In this document: piece by piece, positions 56,285 through 64,000 of the stretch
Layout of the letters: every line of letters begins with the position of its first letter
Position numbering within the stretch: position 1 is the stretch's first letter
NCBI GenBank assembly: GCA_036309765.1
Contig: JAXJTE010000106.1
Coordinates: 27,703 to 91,702, forward strand
Direction of reading: 5' to 3'
Length of the DNA: 64,000 bases
DNA from: Caryophanon sp.
Lineage (GTDB): Bacteria > Bacillota > Bacilli > Bacillales_A > Planococcaceae
The notes under the pieces: generated by a model
Database searches by the model: none
What the model was told of the DNA's origin: nothing
What the model saw: only the letters and a program-made list of their open reading frames with translations
Translations under genes and position numbers: made by a program

Positions 56285-58708
56285 TTATAATTCTAGAGAA
56301 GTTATATAAAACTCACCATAAATTAATTCAACTGAATAGTTGCTAGTTTGTGATGTAGATTTAAAACCTGAACTTGGATTATCTATTGTATAAAACTCTT
56401 CAACTGTAACTGAAAAAGCTTCATCTGAAACTTGATTTATATTTAAAACTGAGTAGTCAATTAAATCCAACATAATATTACGATTCCGCAATGATTCCAT
56501 ATACTGTAATTGTTCACTATAAAAATCAGATTCTGAATATATATAGTATTCTAAAGAAGATATATCTCCTTGCACATAAGCTTGTAAATAATAATATACT
56601 AAGTTCTCAATTTGTTGGCGTGCTGATTCAACTGTGTTATTTGAACCGATAAAAGGCACTGAATCTAAACTATTTACAGAAATTGGCGTCGTCATAACTG
56701 GTTGTACGCTTTCTTCAGTTGTAACGATTTCTTCTACTGCTGACACTACAGAAGATTCCTCTACTAATACTGATTGTTGACTAATAGCAGATTGTTCAAT
56801 CACATTTTCTTGTTCCTGTTCAGAATCTGCATTTGCGCCTATCAAGGCAAGTCCAATAATTGCAATAAACAATGTTGCTACAGATGCTAAAATAAATTTA
56901 ACTATTGATTTACCTTTTGATTTTTTGCCAGATTGCTTTTTTACATCTTCTTTGGATACTGCTTTCGTATTCAAATACTCTTTTTTCACCGTATTCAGTT
57001 CTTCTAATGCCTCGTGAGTTTCAAATTGGCTAGGTGAAAGTGCTTCTAACTGTTTTTTTAATTGCTTTTTAGAAATGTCACCTGTAATAATTGTGTGAAT
57101 CGACTCTTTTTCAGCTTGCACTTTCGCCAAATATACTTCTTCAGCTGTTTTTGCTAATTCTATAGTATCGTACTGAACACCTTTAAATGTACGAAGTGCT
57201 TGATCTAACGTCACCTTCAATTGTTGTAAATAACTAATATATGTTGCACGTACTGTTTCATTAGGTAACACAATTGTTTCAGCAGATTGAAGTGCTTGTT
57301 CAATCCCTTCGATTGTTGTCAAATCTGAAAGCTTTTTCAACTTTTCAATTTCTCTTTGTGAACTTCGGATTGACTTTGCTTCCTCACGTGTTTCATACTC
57401 GATGCCATCAACTGTCCGATATTCCAAATCATGCTTTGTAATGATTTTTTGGAGTTCAGCAACATATTTATCTGATATTGCTGTTTGCCAATTTTGAGTT
57501 TGCAATGTTTCTAAAGTTTGTATAGCTTCTGCTTCTTTCAATGGTTTGCTTGAACTGTATATATCTTTAACTCGCGCTAACTCTTCTTTCGCGATTTCAA
57601 CATCTTTGTGTTGCTCAAATATAATCCCATCAACTGTACGTTCTAAAACGTCTAGTTTCTCACGGTGTACATAGTATATATTTGTGATTTCATCGATATT
57701 CGCAAGTCCTAAAGATTTCGCTTTTAATTGAATTTTCGTTAAAAATTTGTCGATGTCTTTCACTGACTTTAGTGCTTCAATATCAATTAACTGTTTTTTA
57801 AGTTGACCTTTTTTATACGCGTCCAAGTCAATTCCAAAATATTTTGCCATTCTGCTTAATTCACCATTTTGGTCTCCATATTTCTCCATTGTATAAATAT
57901 AGTACTTTAATTGATAAGGATTTCTTGTAAAAATATCAAATATCAGTTTAGCAATATCTTCTTCAGGCACGCGTCCTTTACTTAAGTTTGTATAAATTAA
58001 TTCGGCTTCTTTTGCTTCATCTACTGTTATGTAATCAAAAATCTCTTCATCTATTAATTCCTCAACAGCATCAATAATAGCTAAAGATAGATTACTAATA
58101 TTTGAATATACGCCAGACTCTAGTGTTTTAAGTGTTTCAGGATTTTTGAAAATAGCACTCTTTTTTGAACTGTTCCCTATTGCTGTAAATGTTTTTGCAA
58201 CACCATTAAACATCATATGAGCCGCACCGCTCGCAATATTCATTGCGCCAGCTGTAGCCATACCTTGTAAAGCACCACTTACACCAAAGCCACCACCAAC
58301 TACTCGACCACGCGATTCACGACGAGACTGACGATATTTATCTAATTGCTCCGAATCCATTACGATTTCTAAATATTGATCATTAATTTTATTGAAATCT
58401 TCTTCCCATGTGAAATAATCTATAACGTACTCTCGAAAAAATGTATCTTCATCTAAAGTATAAATTTTATATTTAGTGACAAGTTCTTCTAAAGCAATTT
58501 CAATCGCTTCATAAATAAATTGGAAACCTTGTTGAAACGCTTTTTTGGAAACATCATCTAAACTACTATTTTCATTTTTATACACTTGTACGAAGGAATC
58601 TGAGTACTGATGTGCTAGTTTTTCAAATTTTAATTTTAATGAATTATACCTGTCCATTTGACTAGAAATTTGAATTTTCTGATTCAGAATGGTGAACGCT
58701 TTTCCCAT
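56285..58708 (-). CDS. Hypothetical 807-aa single-pass membrane protein (large cytoplasmic region, one TM, NTF2-like TcaA/YvbJ-type ectodomain) in an AT-rich island
   Basis: Long uninterrupted ORF with an AAGGGG RBS before the ATG at 58708. Gly-zipper segment GRVVGGGFGVSGALQGMATAGAMNIASGAAH. Three RT(V/F)xG(I/V)x(F/Y)(E/D)(Q/T) repeats. TM segment IVKFILASVATLFIAIIGLALIGA. C-terminal ARQQIENLVYYYLQAYVQGD... NTF2-like pattern. Confidence 0.8.
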   Translation of the reverse strand: MGKAFTILNQKIQISSQMDRYNSLKLKFEKLAHQYSDSFVQVYKNENSSLDDVSKKAFQQGFQFIYEAIEIALEELVTKYKIYTLDEDTFFREYVIDYFTWEEDFNKINDQYLEIVMDSEQLDKYRQSRRESRGRVVGGGFGVSGALQGMATAGAMNIASGAAHMMFNGVAKTFTAIGNSSKKSAIFKNPETLKTLESGVYSNISNLSLAIIDAVEELIDEEIFDYITVDEAKEAELIYTNLSKGRVPEEDIAKLIFDIFTRNPYQLKYYIYTMEKYGDQNGELSRMAKYFGIDLDAYKKGQLKKQLIDIEALKSVKDIDKFLTKIQLKAKSLGLANIDEITNIYYVHREKLDVLERTVDGIIFEQHKDVEIAKEELARVKDIYSSSKPLKEAEAIQTLETLQTQNWQTAISDKYVAELQKIITKHDLEYRTVDGIEYETREEAKSIRSSQREIEKLKKLSDLTTIEGIEQALQSAETIVLPNETVRATYISYLQQLKVTLDQALRTFKGVQYDTIELAKTAEEVYLAKVQAEKESIHTIITGDISKKQLKKQLEALSPSQFETHEALEELNTVKKEYLNTKAVSKEDVKKQSGKKSKGKSIVKFILASVATLFIAIIGLALIGANADSEQEQENVIEQSAISQQSVLVEESSVVSAVEEIVTTEESVQPVMTTPISVNSLDSVPFIGSNNTVESARQQIENLVYYYLQAYVQGDISSLEYYIYSESDFYSEQLQYMESLRNRNIMLDLIDYSVLNINQVSDEAFSVTVEEFYTIDNPSSGFKSTSQTSNYSVELIYGEFYITSLEL

Positions 58709-59262
58709 CTTAAAACCCCTTAGACATAATATTTTAAATATAAATACCATTATAAATGCTGTTCATATTTTTGTAACTAAAAAATACCATTTACATGTAA
58801 ATAGAATATGCACTTAGACTTATATTTATCTCTATTATGCTTATATATATTAGGTTTCACTGCTACCAAAAACGTTCCTGGTGTTTATTGCAAAATACAT
58901 ATGAGGCTGTACCAAATGACAAAATAGACGTTTGTACAACCCTCTCATTTTGTACAAATATTAGCATACTGATTTAAATCGTTATAAAAACGCAAAATAT
59001 CACTTCGAAAAACAGACAGGAGCTGCCCGGAAATTACTTATCGGAGAGCCATATCTTATCCAACGCCATCAATTTTTTCAACGTCTGGTTAGAGCCAAAT
59101 ACAACATATTTGCTTAATAACTAATCAGTACATCTGAAGAATCTTATAACTATTCTTCTTCAAAACCTATTCAAGTTTATAAATGTAGCTCACTTCTCAC
59201 TTACTAGCTCATTTCCTATTCATCCTCTACAATAGAAACAAACGACAAAAGGAGTGATTCAC

Positions 59263-59787
59263 ATGAACCGCGTATATTTACGCCCGCTACAAATGCAAGA
59301 TGCGACACAAATTCACGCCGCAACCGAGGACGAGGAAATTCGCTATTACACAAGCACGACCGAGCGCTTTACAGTCGAGGCGATCGAACAATTCATTATA
59401 CGTTCCTCTAGTGATCGCTCGCGCATGGACTTTGCGATTTGCGATACGACAACCGACGCGATGCTTGGTGAGGTGTCACTGCTAGACGTAGATGAACGAA
59501 ACAAGCGCGGGGCGATGCGCATTATGCTCCACTCGCTGCACGACGCTAACAAAGGCTACGGCACAGAGGCGATGCTCCACTTCATTCGCTACGTGTTTGA
59601 GGATGTGCAGTTAAACCGACTGGAGCTTGAAGTGCTCGCATACAACCCACGCGCTAAGCATGTGTACGAGAAGGTCGGCTTTGTGATGGAAGGCATTGCA
59701 CGCGAGGCGACGTATTATAACGGACGCTTTGTTGATGAAATACATATGAGCATGTTACAACGTGATTACGAGCGCTTGTACGGTTGA
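59263..59787 (+). CDS. GNAT family N-acetyltransferase (RimJ/RimL-like)
   Basis: LRPLQMQDA N-terminus and the NKGYGTEAM...LEVLAYNPRAKHVYEKVGF motif. Start at the ATG at 59263 after AAAGGAG. Confidence 0.8.
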   Translation: MNRVYLRPLQMQDATQIHAATEDEEIRYYTSTTERFTVEAIEQFIIRSSSDRSRMDFAICDTTTDAMLGEVSLLDVDERNKRGAMRIMLHSLHDANKGYGTEAMLHFIRYVFEDVQLNRLELEVLAYNPRAKHVYEKVGFVMEGIAREATYYNGRFVDEIHMSMLQRDYERLYG

Positions 59788-59833
59788 TGAAGTAGTAGAG
59801 GGACGTGATGTTCTTCTACTGCTTTTTAAATGC

Positions 59834-59875
59834 AAAAAAAGCCGCAGAAAACGATACAGTTCTCTGCGGCTCTTC
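59834..59875 (-). terminator. Rho-independent terminator after the RND transporter gene
   Basis: The minus strand reads GAGCCGCAGAGAACTGTATCGTTTTCTGCGGCTTTTTTTGC. Confidence 0.8.
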
Positions 59876-59882
59876 ATATTAT

Positions 59883-62800
59883 TTAGTTATCTTGCACATC
59901 TTTACGGTTTTTCTTAAATAGCTTCGATAACACTTCGTACACAACTGGCACGACGATTAACGTTAGTAACGTAGACGAGAATAAACCGCCGATTACTGTT
60001 ACCGCTAAGTCTTTTGAAATTAAACCGCCACCGCCATCTAATACGGCCATTGGCATCATAGCACCAATTGTTGCGATTGCCGTCATTAAAATTGGACGTA
60101 AACGAGTTGCGCCCGCTTCTAAAATGGCATCGCGCATATCCATACCTTCTTGCTCCATTTGGATAATGCGGTCAACAAGTACGATAGCATTCGTTACAAC
60201 GATACCGATTAACATGAGTAGACCCATCATTACTGAAACTGAAATCGTTTGACCTGTAATAAGTAAGCCGACGAATGAACCGATTACCGCGAATGGTAAC
60301 GATGTTAAAATCGCAAATGGTGCTAATCCTTCACCGAATGTTACTACTAAGATGAAGTAGACGATTGCGATTGCCGCAACCATAGCAATACCAAGCTTCG
60401 TGAATGTATCCGCGATGTCTGCTGATACACCCGCTTCGTTAATCGTTACACCTTCTGGAAGTTCGATTTTGTCGATTTCCTCTTGTGCTGCGCTCGTTGG
60501 TCCTGAAATATCATCTTCTGTAATGTCTGCTGATACAGAAGCATAATATTCACCCGCTGAACGTGCTAGCGATGTTAATGTTGAACTCTTCTCTACATCA
60601 ACAAGCTCACCGATTGTCATCATTTCGCCTGTCGCTGTTGGAATTTCTGTTGCTAATACGTCATCGATATTGCTTGCTGCTGTTTTTGCCTCGCGCTGTA
60701 CGATGACTTCAATGTCTTGACCGTCATGCTCGACTGTCGTTAACACTTCTTTCGCTGAGCTTTGTGATAATGCCATTACAATTTGACCAGTCGTTAAACC
60801 GTATTGTAATACGTTTTCTTGCTCTACTTTAAATACGTGCTCAACATATGGGTCTTCTGCATCCGATGATACCTTTTCTAAACCGTCTACATCTTGTAAC
60901 GCATCTTCTGCTTCTTTAATCACTGCTAATAAATCATCTAAATTCTCTGAGTAGAACGTGTAGCTCACTGAGTTCGACGACATACCCATTGAGAAGTCTT
61001 GTTGCTTCCATGTACCAGATTGGTCTAAGTTTTCTAAGTACGCCATAATGTCATCTTGTGCTTTCATGAACTCGTCGTTTGAAACGCTGTCCGCGAAAAT
61101 TAAGTACATTAAGCCGCCACCAGCTCCACCGCCACCCATCATCATTGCTGTTGGGTCTGCGCCAGCTTCCGTTGTGATCGATAATTGCGTAATCGAAATA
61201 TCGTTACGGAAGTTCATTTCTTCTTCTACTTCTTCAATGTTGTGCAACGTCTCACGCATCGTTTCACCTGTTCCTGGTGTATACGTTACGTACATCATTT
61301 TCTCTACTTCTGAGCCCATGAATGAGAAGCCGATAATTGGCGTTAACATTAATGAACCGACTAATAATGCAATCGATAAAATCGACGTAATCCACTTATG
61401 ATTTAAACATTTCTCTAAGAAACCTTTAAACCAAAGTGCCATTTTGCCAACTTCTTTATGATTGCTTTCTTCTTTTTCGCTATATAACTTTTTGAAGAAC
61501 ATTGTGTGTGATAATGCTGGAACGATTGTTACCGCCACAATTAATGATGCGATTAATGCAAACGACATCGTTAATGCGAATGGTAAGAATAATTCCCCAA
61601 CCATGCCACCTACGAAAATCAGTGGTGCGAATACCGCGATCGTTACGAGCGTCGACGATAAAATCGGCTTGAACATTTCAATCGTTGCCTCACGAATAAG
61701 CGCACGACCTGTTAGCTTCTCGCCTTTTAAGTGTAATCGTCGGTAAATGTTTTCGACTACGACGATTGAGTCATCAATTACACGGCCAATTGCGACTGTA
61801 ATCGCACCGAGCGTCATAATGTTTAACGTAATTTCTAACCAGTTTAAAACAAGCAGTGCCATGAAAATCGACACAGGAATCGAAATGATTGAAATGATTG
61901 TTGAACGCCAGTCGCGTAAAAATAATAAAATAATTAATACGGCAATCGCGCCACCAAATAATGCTTTTTCAATCATCGCAAATACTGACGCTTCAATCGG
62001 CTCACCTTGGTCAAGTGTTACATCGATGACTAAAGATGGGTTTTCCTCTTTTTGTTCCTCGATTAAATCCTTCACCGCATTTACGACTGTTACCGTATTC
62101 GCTGTTTGTGCTTTAATGATTTGAATCGCAATCGCGTCCTCGCCATTTGTACGAGAAATCGATTGTACTTTACCCACTACTTTAATTTTTGCAAGCTCAC
62201 CAAGTGGAACGACTGGTGACGGATTTTCAAACGTTGGCGTTACTGGAATTAAAAACTCCTTTAACGCATCCACTGTCGTAATTTTCCCATCAACCGATAC
62301 TGCTTCTTCCCCTTTGTCAAACTCATATAAGCCAAGCGATAACGCTAAGTCACTCGCTTCAATCATTTGCTTAATGCTTTCTTCTGTTACGCCAAGCTCA
62401 GCCATTTTTTCCGTATTGTACGTAAACTCTACTTCATTTAAATGCTGACCTGTCACAGATGCAGACGCCACACCATCAATTTTTTCAATCGCTGGTAATA
62501 CCGTCTTCTCTACTTTTTCTGTAAGTGAAACAATGTCTCCATCTTTGTCACTTACCGATAACGCCACAACCGGCATCATGTTCATGCTAATGGCCATAAT
62601 TGATGGCTCGTCTACTTCCTCTGGTAATGCAATCGCATCGACCGTTGATTGTAGCTCACGTTTTTTCTCATCCATATCTACGCCAAACTCGTACTCTATT
62701 TGTACTTGCGCAATATTTGATGAAGATGTTGAAAATACCGCTTTTACGTCTTCAAGCCCCTCAAACGCTTTCTCCATCGGTATCGAGACATCTTCCATTA

Positions 62801-62978
62801 CTTGCTCTGGTGTTGCCCCAGGATATACACCCATTACAATTAAGTACGGAATCGAAATATCCGGAATCGATTCCATTTTCATTCGCGTACCTGAATAAAT
62901 ACCGCCGACTGTGATGATAATCGTTAATAACCATACAGCGAGCTTATTTTTCAGCACGAAATTTACTAAACCTTTCAC
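59883..62978 (-). CDS. RND-superfamily efflux transporter (AcrB/SwrC-like)
   Basis: About 1030 aa with a 12-TM, two-large-loop architecture. Start preferred at the GTG at 62978 after AAAGGTAGGTG, giving MKGLVNFVLKNKLAVWLL (the ORF-track ATG at 63020 is an alternative). Confidence 0.88.
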   Translation of the reverse strand: MKGLVNFVLKNKLAVWLLTIIITVGGIYSGTRMKMESIPDISIPYLIVMGVYPGATPEQVMEDVSIPMEKAFEGLEDVKAVFSTSSSNIAQVQIEYEFGVDMDEKKRELQSTVDAIALPEEVDEPSIMAISMNMMPVVALSVSDKDGDIVSLTEKVEKTVLPAIEKIDGVASASVTGQHLNEVEFTYNTEKMAELGVTEESIKQMIEASDLALSLGLYEFDKGEEAVSVDGKITTVDALKEFLIPVTPTFENPSPVVPLGELAKIKVVGKVQSISRTNGEDAIAIQIIKAQTANTVTVVNAVKDLIEEQKEENPSLVIDVTLDQGEPIEASVFAMIEKALFGGAIAVLIILLFLRDWRSTIISIISIPVSIFMALLVLNWLEITLNIMTLGAITVAIGRVIDDSIVVVENIYRRLHLKGEKLTGRALIREATIEMFKPILSSTLVTIAVFAPLIFVGGMVGELFLPFALTMSFALIASLIVAVTIVPALSHTMFFKKLYSEKEESNHKEVGKMALWFKGFLEKCLNHKWITSILSIALLVGSLMLTPIIGFSFMGSEVEKMMYVTYTPGTGETMRETLHNIEEVEEEMNFRNDISITQLSITTEAGADPTAMMMGGGGAGGGLMYLIFADSVSNDEFMKAQDDIMAYLENLDQSGTWKQQDFSMGMSSNSVSYTFYSENLDDLLAVIKEAEDALQDVDGLEKVSSDAEDPYVEHVFKVEQENVLQYGLTTGQIVMALSQSSAKEVLTTVEHDGQDIEVIVQREAKTAASNIDDVLATEIPTATGEMMTIGELVDVEKSSTLTSLARSAGEYYASVSADITEDDISGPTSAAQEEIDKIELPEGVTINEAGVSADIADTFTKLGIAMVAAIAIVYFILVVTFGEGLAPFAILTSLPFAVIGSFVGLLITGQTISVSVMMGLLMLIGIVVTNAIVLVDRIIQMEQEGMDMRDAILEAGATRLRPILMTAIATIGAMMPMAVLDGGGGLISKDLAVTVIGGLFSSTLLTLIVVPVVYEVLSKLFKKNRKDVQDN

Positions 62979-63029
62979 AACTGCACCTACCTTTATGAAA
63001 TTTGACTTCTCATTGAACATTTCTTATAC

Positions 63030-63057
63030 TAATGACTACTTGGTCAAAAGTCAATTA
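63030..63057. promoter_or_regulatory. Candidate TetR operator (imperfect inverted repeat) in the divergent RND/tetR intergenic region
   Basis: TAATGACT (63030-63037) ... AGTCAATTA (63049-63057). Confidence 0.3.
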
Positions 63058-63081
63058 ATCGCAACGGAGGGTGTTAACATT

Positions 63082-63909
63082 ATGCTTAAAAAACAACTCA
63101 TCATACAAAGTGCCCTCGAACTGTTCGCAAGCCAAGGTATTGAAGCGACATCCGTTCAGCAAATTACCGAGCGCGCAGGCATTTCAAAGGGCGCTTTTTA
63201 TTTATCATTCAAGTCAAAAGACGAACTCATTCTCGCAATGATTCACCATTTTATGACGAACTTAATTACAAGCATTGACTCAATGGTCACTAAAGCGAAT
63301 GCACATGACGATTTACTGTATCAATATTTGTTTCACGTTTATACATGCTTTACCGAACACGCAAGCTTCGCAAAGGTACTCATGACCGACGTGCCAAAAA
63401 CAATTAATCAAAGCTTGCTTGAACACGTTACTCGCTATGACAACATCATCACAGCGAAATTAAAGCTCATTGTGAGAAAGCAATTCCCTACGCTTGCAGA
63501 CGACATGGTAGATGAGACGGTATTTTTCATCCGTGGACTGGTCGGCTCATACGGTACGCTTTTCTTCCATTCGCACACACCACCAGACAATTTACACACG
63601 CTTTGCACAGCGCTCGTCGAAAAAATTACGATTCACGCAAAATATGCAACAATCGCAGTCATCCAGCCGAGCATGCTTTTTCCAACGACAACGCTTGGCA
63701 TATCAAAAGAGCAAGCAATTGATATGCTTCAGCAGCTTGCAGGTGAGCTACAAGACGATTTACTGCGCAATACGACTACTTTACTCATTGAGCAGCTACA
63801 ATCGCAGACGCTTTGTGCTACGCTGTTAGACGGGCTCATTAATACGATGAGCTTGCACGCAGAAACGAAAACATTCGTGCCGCTATTGCGCGAGCATTTC
63901 GCGCAATAA
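63082..63909 (+). CDS. TetR/AcrR family transcriptional regulator
   Basis: N-terminal HTH ALELFASQGIEATSVQQITERAGISKGAFYLSFKSKDEL. Divergent from the RND pump. Start at the ATG at 63082 after GGAGGG (the ORF-track start at 62911 is rejected). Confidence 0.88.
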   Translation: MLKKQLIIQSALELFASQGIEATSVQQITERAGISKGAFYLSFKSKDELILAMIHHFMTNLITSIDSMVTKANAHDDLLYQYLFHVYTCFTEHASFAKVLMTDVPKTINQSLLEHVTRYDNIITAKLKLIVRKQFPTLADDMVDETVFFIRGLVGSYGTLFFHSHTPPDNLHTLCTALVEKITIHAKYATIAVIQPSMLFPTTTLGISKEQAIDMLQQLAGELQDDLLRNTTTLLIEQLQSQTLCATLLDGLINTMSLHAETKTFVPLLREHFAQ

Positions 63910-63911
63910 AA

Positions 63912-63956
63912 AAGGGGTGTGCTACTGTCTATTCGACAGCCAGCACACCCCTTTTA
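63912..63956. terminator. Bidirectional terminator
   Basis: AAAAAGGGGTGTGCTACTGTCTATTCGACAGCCAGCACACCCCTTTT. Confidence 0.85.
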
Positions 63957-64000
63957 TTTAGTGAACATCTCGTTTTGAGAAGTTGCCACCTTTTACTTCA

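Noticed and set aside
56285-58708. Calling the 807-aa orphan protein an antiphage defence gene.
   Set aside because: I could find no NTPase, nuclease, TIR, SIR2 or protease motif, and no partner genes. Only the compositional anomaly and unusual architecture are reported.
59789-59828. Hairpin after the GNAT gene as a second terminator.
   Set aside because: The stem is imperfect (about 9 of 12 pairs by eye), so it is not listed as a feature. The stronger hairpin at 59834-59875 is oriented for the RND gene.
62911-63081. N-terminal 57-codon extension of the TetR ORF, and similarly the extensions at 7027-7113 (PBP), 9775-9864 (tautomerase), 44008-44091 (SLH protein) and 47018-47077 (aminotransferase).
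   Set aside because: Internal starts have proper Shine-Dalgarno spacing and give N-termini that match the family. The extensions would overlap divergent genes or promoters.
1-64000. Searched by eye for rRNA, tRNA, CRISPR arrays, transposases, integrases and phage structural genes.
   Set aside because: No cloverleaf-like or rRNA-like conserved stretches were seen, and no regularly spaced direct repeats. No ORF has recombinase or transposase motifs (DDE, tyrosine or serine recombinase). The repeats found are palindromic and non-coding.
63958-64000. Possible 3' end of a minus-strand gene (...EVKGGNFSKRDVH-stop) at the window edge.
   Set aside because: Only 14 codons are visible. That is compatible with the bidirectional terminator but insufficient to call a CDS.

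Overview
The window looks like a chromosomal segment of a Bacillales (Firmicutes) genome. Gene content and local order parallel the Bacillus subtilis ywi/ywh/ywf/ywd/yoj regions: ywiB-argS, speB, a pbpG-like PBP, ywhD, ywhB, ywfO, a DUF1450 gene, lipL, hemQ, ywdK, ung, pdxK, yojF-bshB2. About 60 protein genes are supportable and most are housekeeping.

Three cis-regulatory RNAs can be read directly:
- a cobalamin riboswitch ahead of a BtuF/BtuC-type importer;
- a preQ1-I riboswitch ahead of queT;
- a Trp-specific T-box (UGG specifier) ahead of the trp operon.

I saw no rRNA, tRNA, CRISPR array, transposase, integrase or phage gene.

Items worth a second look:
1. An 8-gene Ter-type cluster at 22.3-29.6 kb. 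It has three canonical TerD paralogues, a TIM-barrel C-C lyase, two PRTases, a HAD phosphatase and a divergent TerD protein. This is the predicted but never biochemically solved 'nucleoside-like metabolite' module.
2. A trp operon whose first gene is a short TrpE-like ORF with eroded motifs, while trpDCFBA look intact.
3. A family of about 100-200 bp palindromic intergenic repeats with at least 7 copies. One copy supplies the last codons of an M20 hydrolase gene, and another lies between the T-box terminator and trpE.
4. An AT-rich island carrying a single 807-aa membrane protein with a glycine-zipper segment, a threefold internal repeat and an NTF2-like ectodomain.
5. A methyl-accepting chemotaxis gene split into two ATGA-coupled ORFs. 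Its 3' end is fully overlapped antisense by an unterminated ybaK reading frame.
6. A 0.94 kb ORF-free AT-rich tract.
7. A DEDDh exonuclease fused to a CbiX-like module.

All functional calls are motif- or memory-based. No database search was possible.
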